In this document: piece after piece, positions 38,981-47,582 of the stretch
How positions within the stretch are numbered: the first letter of the stretch is position 1
Layout of the letters: each line of letters opens with the position of its first letter
Assembly: GCA_945861535.1 (NCBI GenBank)
Contig: CAMAUZ010000031.1
Location: 9,761-73,760, forward strand
From: Akkermansia muciniphila
GTDB taxonomy: Bacteria; Verrucomicrobiota; Verrucomicrobiia; Limisphaerales; BJHT01
Direction: 5' to 3'
Length of the DNA stretch: 64,000 bases
Translations under genes and position numbers: made by a program
The notes under the pieces: generated by a model
The model's database searches: none
Seen by the model: the letters and a program-made list of their open reading frames with translations, nothing else
What the model was told of the DNA's origin: nothing

Positions 38981-39880
38981 TCAGCCAGCCAGGGCGGCTT
39001 GCGCGTTGGCGGTGACGGCGACCACGGCCGGGTGGGTCAGCTTGCGTTCGGCGGTGATGGCGTAGAACGGCTGCCGGCAATCCTCGGTGCGCCCGATGGC
39101 TTGGAAGTCGTAGCTGCCGACGGCCTCCGCCACCACCAGGGTCGGGAGGGCGAAAAAGCCCAGGCCGTCCGCCGCCGCCACTTTCATCAGGGCCGGGTCG
39201 TCGAACTCCGCCACCAGGCGCGGACGAAGCTGCCGGGCTTGAAACCATTTCTCGAGCGAGCGGCGCAGGGCGATGTTGCCCGCCGGCAGCAGCACCGGTG
39301 CGTCGTTTAGTGACCGGGGAAATTTGCGCTTGAGGGTGGCGGCCAGCGTGCGCTCGGCGCAGAAGGTCACGCCGCAGTCGCCGAGGAAGTGGTTGAAGAC
39401 CTTGAGGGGCATCGAACTGGGCGCGGGTTCGTCCGCCAGCACAATATCCAGCCGGTAGCCGGCCAGTTGCCCGAGCAGGTCGGCCACCTTTCCCTCGCGG
39501 CAGACGGCCTGGATGGGCTGCGCCAGGTTGAAAATAGGTTTGATGATTTGGTAGCTCACCAGCTTGGGCAGCGAGTCGGCGATGCCGATGTGGACGCGCA
39601 ATGGCCGCGCCGTGGGCACTTGCCGGGCGGCGTCGAGGAGTTCCTGACCCAGCGAAAAAATCTCCTCGGCGTAACCCAGCACGCGATGCCCCGCCTCCGT
39701 AAGCGTCAGGGCGCGTCCGCCACGACGGAAGAGCTTTTCGCCCAGCACGCTCTCCAGTGCGGCAAGCTGCGCGCTGATGGTGGGCTGGGAGACGTGCAGT
39801 TTGTCGGCCGCCTTGCGCAAGCCGCCCTCTTTGGCGACCACCCAGAAGTAACGCAGGTGGTGATAGTTCAGGAATTCCAT
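38981..39880 (-). CDS. LysR-family transcriptional regulator (NhaR-like N-terminus)
   Basis: 299 aa. The sequence is MEFLNYHHLRYFWVVAKEGGLRKAADKLHVSQPTISAQLAALE. It is transcribed divergently from the 40254 operon. Confidence 0.9.
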   Translation of the reverse strand: MEFLNYHHLRYFWVVAKEGGLRKAADKLHVSQPTISAQLAALESVLGEKLFRRGGRALTLTEAGHRVLGYAEEIFSLGQELLDAARQVPTARPLRVHIGIADSLPKLVSYQIIKPIFNLAQPIQAVCREGKVADLLGQLAGYRLDIVLADEPAPSSMPLKVFNHFLGDCGVTFCAERTLAATLKRKFPRSLNDAPVLLPAGNIALRRSLEKWFQARQLRPRLVAEFDDPALMKVAAADGLGFFALPTLVVAEAVGSYDFQAIGRTEDCRQPFYAITAERKLTHPAVVAVTANAQAALAG

Positions 39881-40253
39881 GGCGGCATGGTTATTCGGTT
39901 TAACCTAAGCGTCTATTCCAAAAGTCGTAATTTTCTAAGGGTGCTGACGACCCCATTTTGACCCCATGAAAACGGCAGATCCGGTTCCAGCGCGCGCCGC
40001 CACCGAACCAGCCTGCGAGGTCTCGCTGCGGCAGCCAACCAGCAGCATTGTCCCACCCGTGGATATTGCTCCGGCGGAAAGCCCCGAAAGCCTTGGCGAG
40101 GGACAGTGGCGGAGTGGCCTCCCGTTGTTCGTCCGCGAGCCGGCCATCCGGCACTGGGGAATTAACGAATGATTCGCCGCCAAAGCGGTCAGGCCTTTTG
40201 CCGGGTGACCACAACCGGAGAGCGAAAAACCAACCACCAAACCACCTCCCACC
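39881..40253. promoter_or_regulatory. Divergent LysR / membrane-protein-operon control region
   Basis: This is an inference from the divergent arrangement. It has an AT-rich stretch at 39885-39945 and a direct repeat (gaccccat at 39949-39956 and 39960-39967, 11-bp phasing). I could not assign -10 or -35 elements with confidence. Confidence 0.3.
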
Positions 40254-40646
40254 ATGAACACCAAGACCGCCGGCTACCTGATTCTTTACGGGGCATTCCT
40301 CATTGTCATGGGGTTGCTCGGCTTTCTCTCGAACCCGGAAAAGGCGAAGACCGCCCTGCTGTCCGGCGGCACTTTCGGCGCGCTTTCGATCTTCTGGGGC
40401 GTGCTCGGGGCGCGCGGCATCCGGTGGAGCCTGCCGGGCGCCATGGTGACCACCGGTCTGCTGACGCTGGTCTTCGCGTGGCGGGCGAGCGTGGGCTGGC
40501 TGGCGGTGTTCGAGGGCAAGGCGGAGAAACTTTTCGCGGCGGTTTTGATCACGGTCATGCTGACGGGTTCCGTGCTGATGCTGCTGAATTTGGTGAGCGC
40601 TCGCAAACCCGCCGCGGCCGGGAAGCCGGCTGCCCCCCGGGCCTGA
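40254..40646 (+). CDS. Small four-helix integral membrane protein (TMEM14-like)
   Basis: 130 aa with four hydrophobic segments. The sequence is MNTKTAGYLILYGAFLIVMGLLGFLSNPEKAKTALLSGGTFGALS... Confidence 0.65.
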   Translation: MNTKTAGYLILYGAFLIVMGLLGFLSNPEKAKTALLSGGTFGALSIFWGVLGARGIRWSLPGAMVTTGLLTLVFAWRASVGWLAVFEGKAEKLFAAVLITVMLTGSVLMLLNLVSARKPAAAGKPAAPRA

Positions 40647-40662
40647 TTCACGCGCCCATCCG

Positions 40663-40995
40663 ATGACCACGCGGCCGCTCCCACTGACTCGCATGAAACG
40701 AAGCAAGCGCATCCTCGTGGCGGTGGTGGGCGGGACGGTGCTGGCCGTGGGGGTCGCCTTAACGGTGCTGCCCGGTCCGGCCTTCATTGTGATCCCCGCC
40801 GGCCTGGCGATTCTGGCGGTGGAATTTGCCTGGGCGAGACGCTGGCTGCGTTCGGCGCGCGTGCTTTTGCCACGGGGTTCCAAAGACGATGTTCCATCGC
40901 AGAAGCGGCCAACCCTGAAATCCCTGCGGCGGAGTGCTGGCTACCTGCTTCGGCAGGTAAGCCGGACGCTGCTGCCAAACAAAAAACACGTATGA
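40663..40995 (+). CDS. PGPGW domain-containing membrane protein
   Basis: 110 aa. The sequence VALTVLPGPAFIVIPAGLAILAVEFAWARRWL matches the PGPGW family pattern. An ATGA overlap joins it to the next gene. Confidence 0.75.
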   Translation: MTTRPLPLTRMKRSKRILVAVVGGTVLAVGVALTVLPGPAFIVIPAGLAILAVEFAWARRWLRSARVLLPRGSKDDVPSQKRPTLKSLRRSAGYLLRQVSRTLLPNKKHV

Positions 40996-41681
40996 TAATC
41001 GCACTCTTCCTGGTCACCCTAGCCATCGGCCTCCTGGCCCAATGGCACGTCAAACGAACCTACTCCCGCCACCTCCGTACCCCGACAGTGGGCGGCTACA
41101 CGGGGGCGGAGGCGGCGCAGGCCATCCTGCAGCAAGCCGGCATCACCAATGTGTCCATCTACGAACACGAAGAGTTGCTCGGCGACCACTACGATCCCAA
41201 GCACCGACGGTTGGTGCTTTCCTCGGCCAACTACCACGGCACTTCGGCGGCGGCGCTGGGCGTGGCGGCGCACGAATGCGGCCACGCCATCCAGCACAAG
41301 CAGGCGTACGGCCCGCTGGAATTGCGCATGGCGGCGGTGGGCGTCACCGGCATCGCCAGCCAGCTCGTGATGTGGATTCCGCTGCTGGGCATGTTCACCG
41401 GAGTGCTGTCGGGCAAGACCAGCCTGCTGATCATGGCCGTGGCGTGGGGTGTTCTCATGGCCTTCAACCTCGTCACGCTACCGGTGGAGTTCGACGCCTC
41501 GCGCCGCGCCAAACTGGTGCTGGCGAACCTGGGCTTCATCCAGCGCGGCCCCGAAGCCGCCGCCGTGAACCAGGTGTTGAACGCCGCCGCCTGGACGTAC
41601 GTGGCCGCATTCATCTCGTCGCTGCTTTATTTCCTCTGGCATCTGCTGCCCCTGCTGGGGGGCGAGCGGCGGCGGGACTGA
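40992..41681 (+). CDS. Putative neutral zinc metallopeptidase (YugP-like, membrane-anchored)
   Basis: 229 aa. It is collinear with YugP-type proteins (GYTGAEAAQAILQQAGI...DHYDPKHRRLVLS...AAHECGHAIQH) and has C-terminal TM helices. Confidence 0.88.
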   Translation: MIIALFLVTLAIGLLAQWHVKRTYSRHLRTPTVGGYTGAEAAQAILQQAGITNVSIYEHEELLGDHYDPKHRRLVLSSANYHGTSAAALGVAAHECGHAIQHKQAYGPLELRMAAVGVTGIASQLVMWIPLLGMFTGVLSGKTSLLIMAVAWGVLMAFNLVTLPVEFDASRRAKLVLANLGFIQRGPEAAAVNQVLNAAAWTYVAAFISSLLYFLWHLLPLLGGERRRD

Positions 41682-41720
41682 CTGCTCCAGCGCATCCGCA
41701 ACCTCCCCCCTGACTCGCCC

Positions 41721-41819
41721 ATGAAAATCCAGTTCCGATTTCGCGGTCTCAACGCCAACGCCAGCCTGCGGGGCTGGCTGGAACAGCGACCCGACCGGGG
41801 CAAAGGCTCCTGCCGGTGA
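41721..41819 (+). pseudogene. Possible remnant of an HPF/RaiA-family (ribosome hibernation) gene
   Basis: MKIQFRFRGLNANASLRGWLEQR resembles the N-terminus of short HPF/RaiA proteins and then terminates after 32 codons. A further piece (SVAAAVPEQQRDCAPA) lies in another frame at 41816 onward. Confidence 0.4.
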
Positions 41820-41901
41820 GCGTCGCCGCAGCGGTGCCGGAACAGCAGCGCGACTGTGCCCCCGCCAAAAGAAATCAAAGCCGTCGTGCCCAACCCGTCC
41901 C

Positions 41902-42375
41902 ATGCAACGGCTCACTGAAGGTGTCCACCGCTTTCAGCGCGAGCAGTCCGGTCGATACCGGGCGCGCTGCAAGAAGCTGCCCCGGCAGGGCCAGAATCCG
42001 GAAACCCTTTTCCTCACCTGCTCGGACACGCGCGGGCTCGCCGAGTTGATCACCCAGAGCCAGCCCGGCGATTTGTTCGTGGTGAAAAAACGTCGGCAAC
42101 ATCGTGCCCCCGGCCACCGTCAGCGGCGACACCGACTCCACGGCTGCCGCCGCCATCGAGTTTGCCATGCAGGTGCTCAAGGTGAGCGACATCGTCCGGT
42201 GCGGACATTCGCAATGCGGCGCGGTGGCGGCGCGGTGGCGGCGCTGCTGGCCGGCGGGGTGGACCGCCAGGCTCGGCCGCACCTTTCCCGCTGGCTGGAC
42301 CTGGCCGTGCCGGTGCGGCGTGCCATCGCCAAGGAATACGCCCATCTGCCCGGCGGTGCCGAACGGCTGCGCACC
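41902..42375 (+). pseudogene. Beta-class carbonic anhydrase, frameshifted twice and C-terminally truncated
   Basis: Frame 1 reads MQRLTEGVHRFQRE...[33 protein letters not shown]. Frame 2 after the A6 run (42085-42090) reads [48 protein letters not shown]. The sequence returns to frame 1 after an 11-bp tandem duplication (42218-42239): [32 protein letters not shown]... Confidence 0.8.
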
Positions 42376-42800
42376 ACCGCCCCGTTCATTGTCTATACCT
42401 CGAACGTCTGCGCCACCCTCGGGCTGCGCTCGATGTTCTTCGCCGTGGCCGGCATCATGAAACGGTTCCACTACCTGCACTACGGGCTGGCGGCGGTGCT
42501 CGTGTTCGTCGGCACTAACCCGTAACCATGCAGTGAGGGCGACCGGAGCGCGGCCTTCAGGCCGCAGAAATGTCCACCCGCAGCGACCGTTCCAAACCAC
42601 TCGAACCCGTACCTCCACGCACCATTGAGTGAGTCAAAAAAGGCGTCTGGAAATTTGCTCGCCCCACACAGTATCCACACTTCTGCGGCCGGAAGGCCGC
42701 GCTCCTGCTGCATCGTCACGGCTAAGATGCTGGTGGCGGACTGCTACAAAATCCCGACGTTGGCTTCGCTGCTCCACGCTCTGCGCGCCAGCCAAAAGAA
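42376..42800 (+). pseudogene. TerC-family membrane protein, C-terminal fragment split by a MITE
   Basis: [45 protein letters not shown] is fused in frame to the carbonic anhydrase remnant and is interrupted at 42519-42721. It continues KMLVADCYKIPTLASLL after the insertion. Removing the element and one CTAA restores ...VFVGTKMLVAD... Confidence 0.75.
42519..42721. mobile_element. MITE family C, copy 1 (203 bp) with perfect CTAA target-site duplication
   Basis: CTAA flanks it at 42515-42518 and 42722-42725. The terminal inverted repeats are cccgtaaccatgcag...ggagcgcggccttcaggccgcagaa and ttctgcggccggaaggccgcgctcc...ctgcatcgtcacgg. Confidence 0.85.
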
Positions 42801-43108
42801 ACCAACGCAGCCGCTGCCGCCGCAAACAACCATGTTCCTGCAACCGCAGATTGACACCCACTCACCCTCCCGATGTCATCGCGGCCGGGCTGGCTGCCGC
42901 GGTCGGATGACCGCAATGTGTCCCCGCAAAACAATCTCCCGGATCAGTTCCGGATCAGTTCCGGATCGTGAAACCACCAGACTACAGCACAACCAAACAA
43001 CCCCGGCCTGACCATGTAAACAGTCCGCCTGCTCAACAGCGGCGGCGGTCAGGCCTACCAACCGCACCCTGACCGCCACCGGTTGCGGCCCACCGGCCCC
43101 TTCAGACC

Positions 43109-43849
43109 ATGAAAATCCTCCATGCCATTCTGCTCCTCACCCTCCTCGCCGGCACCCCCATCCATGCCGCTGACCGGCAGGATCACAACATCCATCTCTG
43201 GCTCAACTACGTCGGCGATCATCCCCTCGGCGCCGGCCCGTGGGGCGTGCATCTCGAAACTCAGATACGCCGCGCCGACTTCGGCCGGAACTGGCAACAA
43301 TTCCTGCTCCGCCCCGGCGTCAACTACGCCTTCAGCCCCGCCCTGAACGCCACGCTTGGCTACGCGTTTGTCGATACCTACCGGTACGGCGATTATCCCG
43401 CCCTCGACACCTTTCCTGAGCACCGGGTCTGGGAGCAACTCTCCTACACGCACAAAGCCTTCGACTTGGAATGGCAGCATCGCTTCCGGCTCGAGCAACG
43501 CCACCTCGGCGAACTGGGCGCCAACGGCAGCGGCGGTTTCAACGTGGTGAACTTCCGCTACGAAAACCGCTTCCGCTACCAACTGCGCACCACGGTCCCG
43601 CTGGCCGCGGACCAGAAGACCTATCTCGCCTTGTGGAATGAACTGTTCTTCAACTTTGGTCGCAACGTGTCCGGCAACGACTTCGATCAAAACCGCGCCT
43701 TCATCGGCCTCGGGCGCAAGCTCACCGACACCACCCGGCTGGAAGTGGGCTTCTTGGAGCAAACGCTGCAACGCCGCGGCGGGACGATCTGGGAAAACAA
43801 TCACACCGTCGCCGTGTGGCTCACCTCCAAGCTGCCGTTCGGAAAGTAG
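43109..43849 (+). CDS. DUF2490 domain-containing outer-membrane beta-barrel-like protein
   Basis: 246 aa with a signal peptide (MKILHAILLLTLLAGTPIHA). The sequence WLNYVGDHPL...LRPGVNYAF...LGYAFV...EHRVWEQL...RFRLEQR matches my recollection of DUF2490. Confidence 0.8.
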   Translation: MKILHAILLLTLLAGTPIHAADRQDHNIHLWLNYVGDHPLGAGPWGVHLETQIRRADFGRNWQQFLLRPGVNYAFSPALNATLGYAFVDTYRYGDYPALDTFPEHRVWEQLSYTHKAFDLEWQHRFRLEQRHLGELGANGSGGFNVVNFRYENRFRYQLRTTVPLAADQKTYLALWNELFFNFGRNVSGNDFDQNRAFIGLGRKLTDTTRLEVGFLEQTLQRRGGTIWENNHTVAVWLTSKLPFGK

Positions 43850-44055
43850 GCGTACGGACGTCCGCAACTCGATGCCCCGGTCATCCGCCGGAACAGCCGG
43901 TGACCGCAGTTCCTGGCCACGCCACTGGTCATCCGATCCCTGAAGCCCCAACCATTCGTCGCGCCGAATCAACGGGACCGGCCGACCCCGGGGCGTCGCC
44001 CGTCCCGCAGCAGCACCGTCACCACTCGTCGCCTCGGGCCGATCGGGCCGCCAGC

Positions 44056-44465
44056 GACCAGCCAACCTCCCGGGCCGTTTCTTCGATGCCCCGCCTGGGG
44101 AACGGAGCCATTGGGCACGGGTTCCGGGGGCGGCGTCCGCTGGCGCGGGCTTGCCCCCGGCTAACCCGTGACTATTCAGTGAGGGCAACAGGAGCGCGGC
44201 CTTCAGGCCGCAGAAACGTGCGTCGTGTCTGGGGTGAGCGAATTTTCAGACAATCTCTTCCGCATCACCAAATAGTGAGTGGCGGTACGCGTTCGGGTGG
44301 TTTGGAACGGTCCGTGCCAAGGGACGCTTCTGCGGCCTGAAGGCCGCGCTCCCATCGCGCTGACTGCATGGACACGGCGAAGCTCCTCTGGCGTCCCTCC
44401 GGGACCGGAACCAGGGGGCCACGCACTGACCAAGTGAAACCACCGGCACCGGAATGGCGTTCCTT
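44056..44465. repeat. Family D repeat, copy interrupted by MITE C2 (filled site)
   Basis: Segments 44056-44164 and 44382-44462 align with the two halves of 31484-31655. The break falls exactly at the CTAA of cttgcccccggCTAA. Confidence 0.8.
44165..44377. mobile_element. MITE family C, copy 2 (213 bp)
   Basis: The left flank is CTAA (44161-44164) and the right flank is CGAA (44378-44381), one mismatch. The ends are cccgtgactattcagtgagggcaacaggagcgcggccttcaggccgcagaa and ttctgcggcctgaaggccgcgctcc...ctgcatggacacgg. Confidence 0.8.
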
Positions 44466-44481
44466 ATCAGTTTTTGCGGAA

Positions 44482-44694
44482 GTTCGTGCCGTCCGCACCG
44501 GGGCCTCCGTATCCCTCGCCTCCGTTCGGAACGGGGCAGAGGGGAGGGGAGAGGAGGCGCTCCGCAAGGTTGGGCCGCTCGCCATGGTGAAGCCCCCCTT
44601 TCCCCAGCCCTCGCCCCGTTCGTGTCTCACGGGGCGAGGGAGACGGACGCGCTGCTGGTTACAGCAGTCCCGGCGGGAACGTTCGCAACGATTG
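44482..44694. repeat. Family E repeat copy 1 (about 213 bp; ...ccgttcgtgYctcacggggcgagggagacggacgcg...)
   Basis: It aligns along its whole length with 62468-62680. It contains the internal hairpins ctccgttcggaacgg and gagggga/tcccc-type arms. It generates spurious peptides of the type HERGEGRGEG. Confidence 0.85.
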
Positions 44695-44842
44695 CCAGTC
44701 ATTTGGTTGCGGCGCCGCGGCTCGGTGTTCATCGTGTATCGGCGGTGCATTGGCATCGGCTCGACTGCCGCGTTGCGGCTGAGTCGTCCCGGGCCGGTGG
44801 CAGCATCACCCAGCGCATGAAAACGGTTTCGTCGGCAAATTT

Positions 44843-47569
44843 ATGAAGACCCTGACCGACAAAGTCTGGCACCACATGCCGGCCGAAGCGGTCGTGCAGT
44901 TCCTCGGCGTGAATCTGGCCACCGGCCTGTCGGCGGATGAAGTTGGCAGGCGCCAGCAAGAATTCGGGCCGAACCGCGTCACCGCGCGGCGGGGCAAACC
45001 GGCGTGGGTCAAGTTTCTCCAGCAGTTCAACCAGCCGCTCGTTTACATCCTGCTCCTGGCGGTCGGCGTGACGGCTTTCCTCGGCGAATGGGTGGATTCA
45101 GCCGTCATCTTCGGCGTCGTGTTCGTCAACGCCATCGTCGGTTTCCTTCAGGAGGCCAAGGCCGAGAAGGCCATCGCGGCGCTAGCTAAAATGGTCGCCA
45201 CCGAAACCACCGTACGCCGCGACAGTCGCAAACTCCGCGTCCACTCCGAGGAACTCGTCCCGGGCGATGTGGTGCTCCTCCAATCCGGCGACCGCGTGCC
45301 CGCCGACCTGCGGCTGTTCCACGTTCGCAATCTGCAGGTGGATGAATCCGCCCTCACCGGCGAGTCGCTCCCCGTGTCCAAGCATCCCGACCCGCTGGCG
45401 CACGATACGATTCTCGCGGAACGGAAAAATCTCGCCTACGCGGGCACGCTCATCAGCAGCGGGCAGGCCGAAGCCGTCGTGTGGGGCATTGGCGATAAGA
45501 CGGAGACGGGCCGCATCGGCCAGCTCATTTCCAGCGCGGTCGAGTTGTCCACGCCGCTGACGAAGAAAATCGCGCAGTTCAGCCAACTGGCGCTCTGGAT
45601 CATTCTCGCGCTGGCCGCCGCGACGTTTGCCGTGGGCGTCGCGCGCGGCGAAAAGCCGGCGGCCATGTTCCTGGCCGCGGTGGCGCTGGCGGTCGGCGCG
45701 ATTCCCGAGGGCCTGCCCGCCGCCGTCACCATCGTGCTCGCCATCGGGGTGTCCCGGATGGCGAAGCGGCAGGCCATCATCCGCAAGCTGCCCGCGGTCG
45801 AGACGCTCGGCAGCACGACGGTGATTTGCTCGGACAAGACCGGCACGCTCACCGAGAACCAGATGACCGTGCAGGAGATTCTCGCGGGCGGAAAACTCTA
45901 CGAGGTCACCGGCGCGGGCTACGAACCCAAGGGTGAGATCCGCCATGGGGGAGCGGCCGTCCATGCACCGGAACATCCCGCGCTCGCCGAGTGCCTGCGC
46001 GCCGGGGTGCTGTGCAACGATTCGCAACTCGTGCGCGAAGCCGGCCGGCTCAAGGTGCAGGGCGACCCCACCGAGGCCGCGCTGCTGGTCGCCGCCGGGA
46101 AGGGCGGGCTGATTCACGCGGACACGCATCGCGATTCGCCGCGCGTGGACACCATTCCCTTCGAGTCCGAGCACATGTTCCGCGCCACGCTGCACGAGGC
46201 GCACCCCGCTCGCGTCATCTACAAAGTCGGCGCTCTCGAACGCCTGCTCGAACGCTGCACCGACGCGCTCGGCGAGCGCAACACCCTGGTCCCGCTCGAC
46301 AAGGTCGCCGTGCATCGCGCCGCCGAGACGATGGCCGGGCGCGGACTGCGCGTGCTGGCCCTGGCCCGCCGCCATGTGGCCGGGCACCACGCCAAACTCG
46401 AGCACGCCCACGTCTCCGGAGGTCTCACCTTCCTCGGGCTGCAGGCGATGATGGACCCGCCGCGACCTGAGGCTATCGCGTCCGTGCGCGAGTGCCAGCG
46501 CGCCGGCATCGCCGTGAAGATGATTACCGGCGACCACCTTGTCACCGCCCGCGCCGTCGCCGGTCTGATTGGGTTGAAGGGGCGCGAGGAACACGGGCAA
46601 CTGGTCGCCCTCTCCGGCCGCGAACTGGAGAAAATTTCCGACGAAGAACTGCCCGCAGTCGCCGAACGCACCGCCGTCTTCGCCCGCGTCGCCCCCGAAC
46701 AAAAGCTCCGGCTCGTCAAGGCGCTGCAAGCACGCGGCCACGTCGTCGCCATGACCGGCGACGGCGTGAACGACGCCCCCGCCCTCAAGCAGGCGGACAT
46801 CGGCGTGGCGATGGGCATCACCGGGACGGACGTGGCCAAGGGCGCCGCCGCGATGATTCTCACCGACGACAACTTTGCCTCCATCGGGGCCGCCGTGGAG
46901 GAAGGTCGCGGCGTGTTCGACAACCTGACCAAGTTCATCGTCTGGACGCTGCCAACCAACGTGGGTGGGGCCATGGTGCTGCTCACGGCCATCCTGTTCG
47001 GCACCGTGCTGCCCGCGTTGCCGGTGCAATTGCTCTGGGTCAACATGATGACGGCCCTCCTGCTGGGCCTGATGCTGGTGTTTGAGCCGAAGGAGCCGGA
47101 TCTCATGGGCCGTCCGCCGCGCGATCCGCGGCGCCCGTTGCTGACCTTTCCGCTGCTGATGCGCACCGGGTTGGTCTCGCTCATCATCCTGGCCGGGGCG
47201 TTCTGGGTGTTCTTTTGGGAATTGCGGGCGGCAGGCGCGACCGAGTCCGCCGCGCGCACCGCCGTCACCAATGTCATAGTGGCGGTCGAAATCGCCTACC
47301 TCTTCAGTTGCCGTTCCCTTCACCACTCCGTCTTCGCCATCGGGCTGTTCACCAACCGCTGGGCCGTCGCCGGCTCGCTGGCGATGCTCGGGGCGCAACT
47401 CCTCTTCACCTACGCGCCGGTGATGCACCAACTTTTCCACACCGCCCCGATTGACGCCGCGTCCTGGCTGCGCATCGCCGGCGTGGCCGGCGCGGCCTTG
47501 GTGGCGGTGGAACTGGAAAAGTGGTTGCGCTTCGGCGGGCGTCGCAGCCGGCCCGCGTTGCCAGAATGA
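44843..47569 (+). CDS. Cation-translocating P-type ATPase (P2/SERCA-like), paralogue 1
   Basis: 908 aa. It has TGESLPV, PEGLPAAVTI, the phosphorylation motif CSDKTGTLTENQMTV and the hinge MTGDGVNDAPALKQADIGVAMG. Confidence 0.95.
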   Translation: MKTLTDKVWHHMPAEAVVQFLGVNLATGLSADEVGRRQQEFGPNRVTARRGKPAWVKFLQQFNQPLVYILLLAVGVTAFLGEWVDSAVIFGVVFVNAIVGFLQEAKAEKAIAALAKMVATETTVRRDSRKLRVHSEELVPGDVVLLQSGDRVPADLRLFHVRNLQVDESALTGESLPVSKHPDPLAHDTILAERKNLAYAGTLISSGQAEAVVWGIGDKTETGRIGQLISSAVELSTPLTKKIAQFSQLALWIILALAAATFAVGVARGEKPAAMFLAAVALAVGAIPEGLPAAVTIVLAIGVSRMAKRQAIIRKLPAVETLGSTTVICSDKTGTLTENQMTVQEILAGGKLYEVTGAGYEPKGEIRHGGAAVHAPEHPALAECLRAGVLCNDSQLVREAGRLKVQGDPTEAALLVAAGKGGLIHADTHRDSPRVDTIPFESEHMFRATLHEAHPARVIYKVGALERLLERCTDALGERNTLVPLDKVAVHRAAETMAGRGLRVLALARRHVAGHHAKLEHAHVSGGLTFLGLQAMMDPPRPEAIASVRECQRAGIAVKMITGDHLVTARAVAGLIGLKGREEHGQLVALSGRELEKISDEELPAVAERTAVFARVAPEQKLRLVKALQARGHVVAMTGDGVNDAPALKQADIGVAMGITGTDVAKGAAAMILTDDNFASIGAAVEEGRGVFDNLTKFIVWTLPTNVGGAMVLLTAILFGTVLPALPVQLLWVNMMTALLLGLMLVFEPKEPDLMGRPPRDPRRPLLTFPLLMRTGLVSLIILAGAFWVFFWELRAAGATESAARTAVTNVIVAVEIAYLFSCRSLHHSVFAIGLFTNRWAVAGSLAMLGAQLLFTYAPVMHQLFHTAPIDAASWLRIAGVAGAALVAVELEKWLRFGGRRSRPALPE

Positions 47570-47582
47570 CCAACGATTTACC

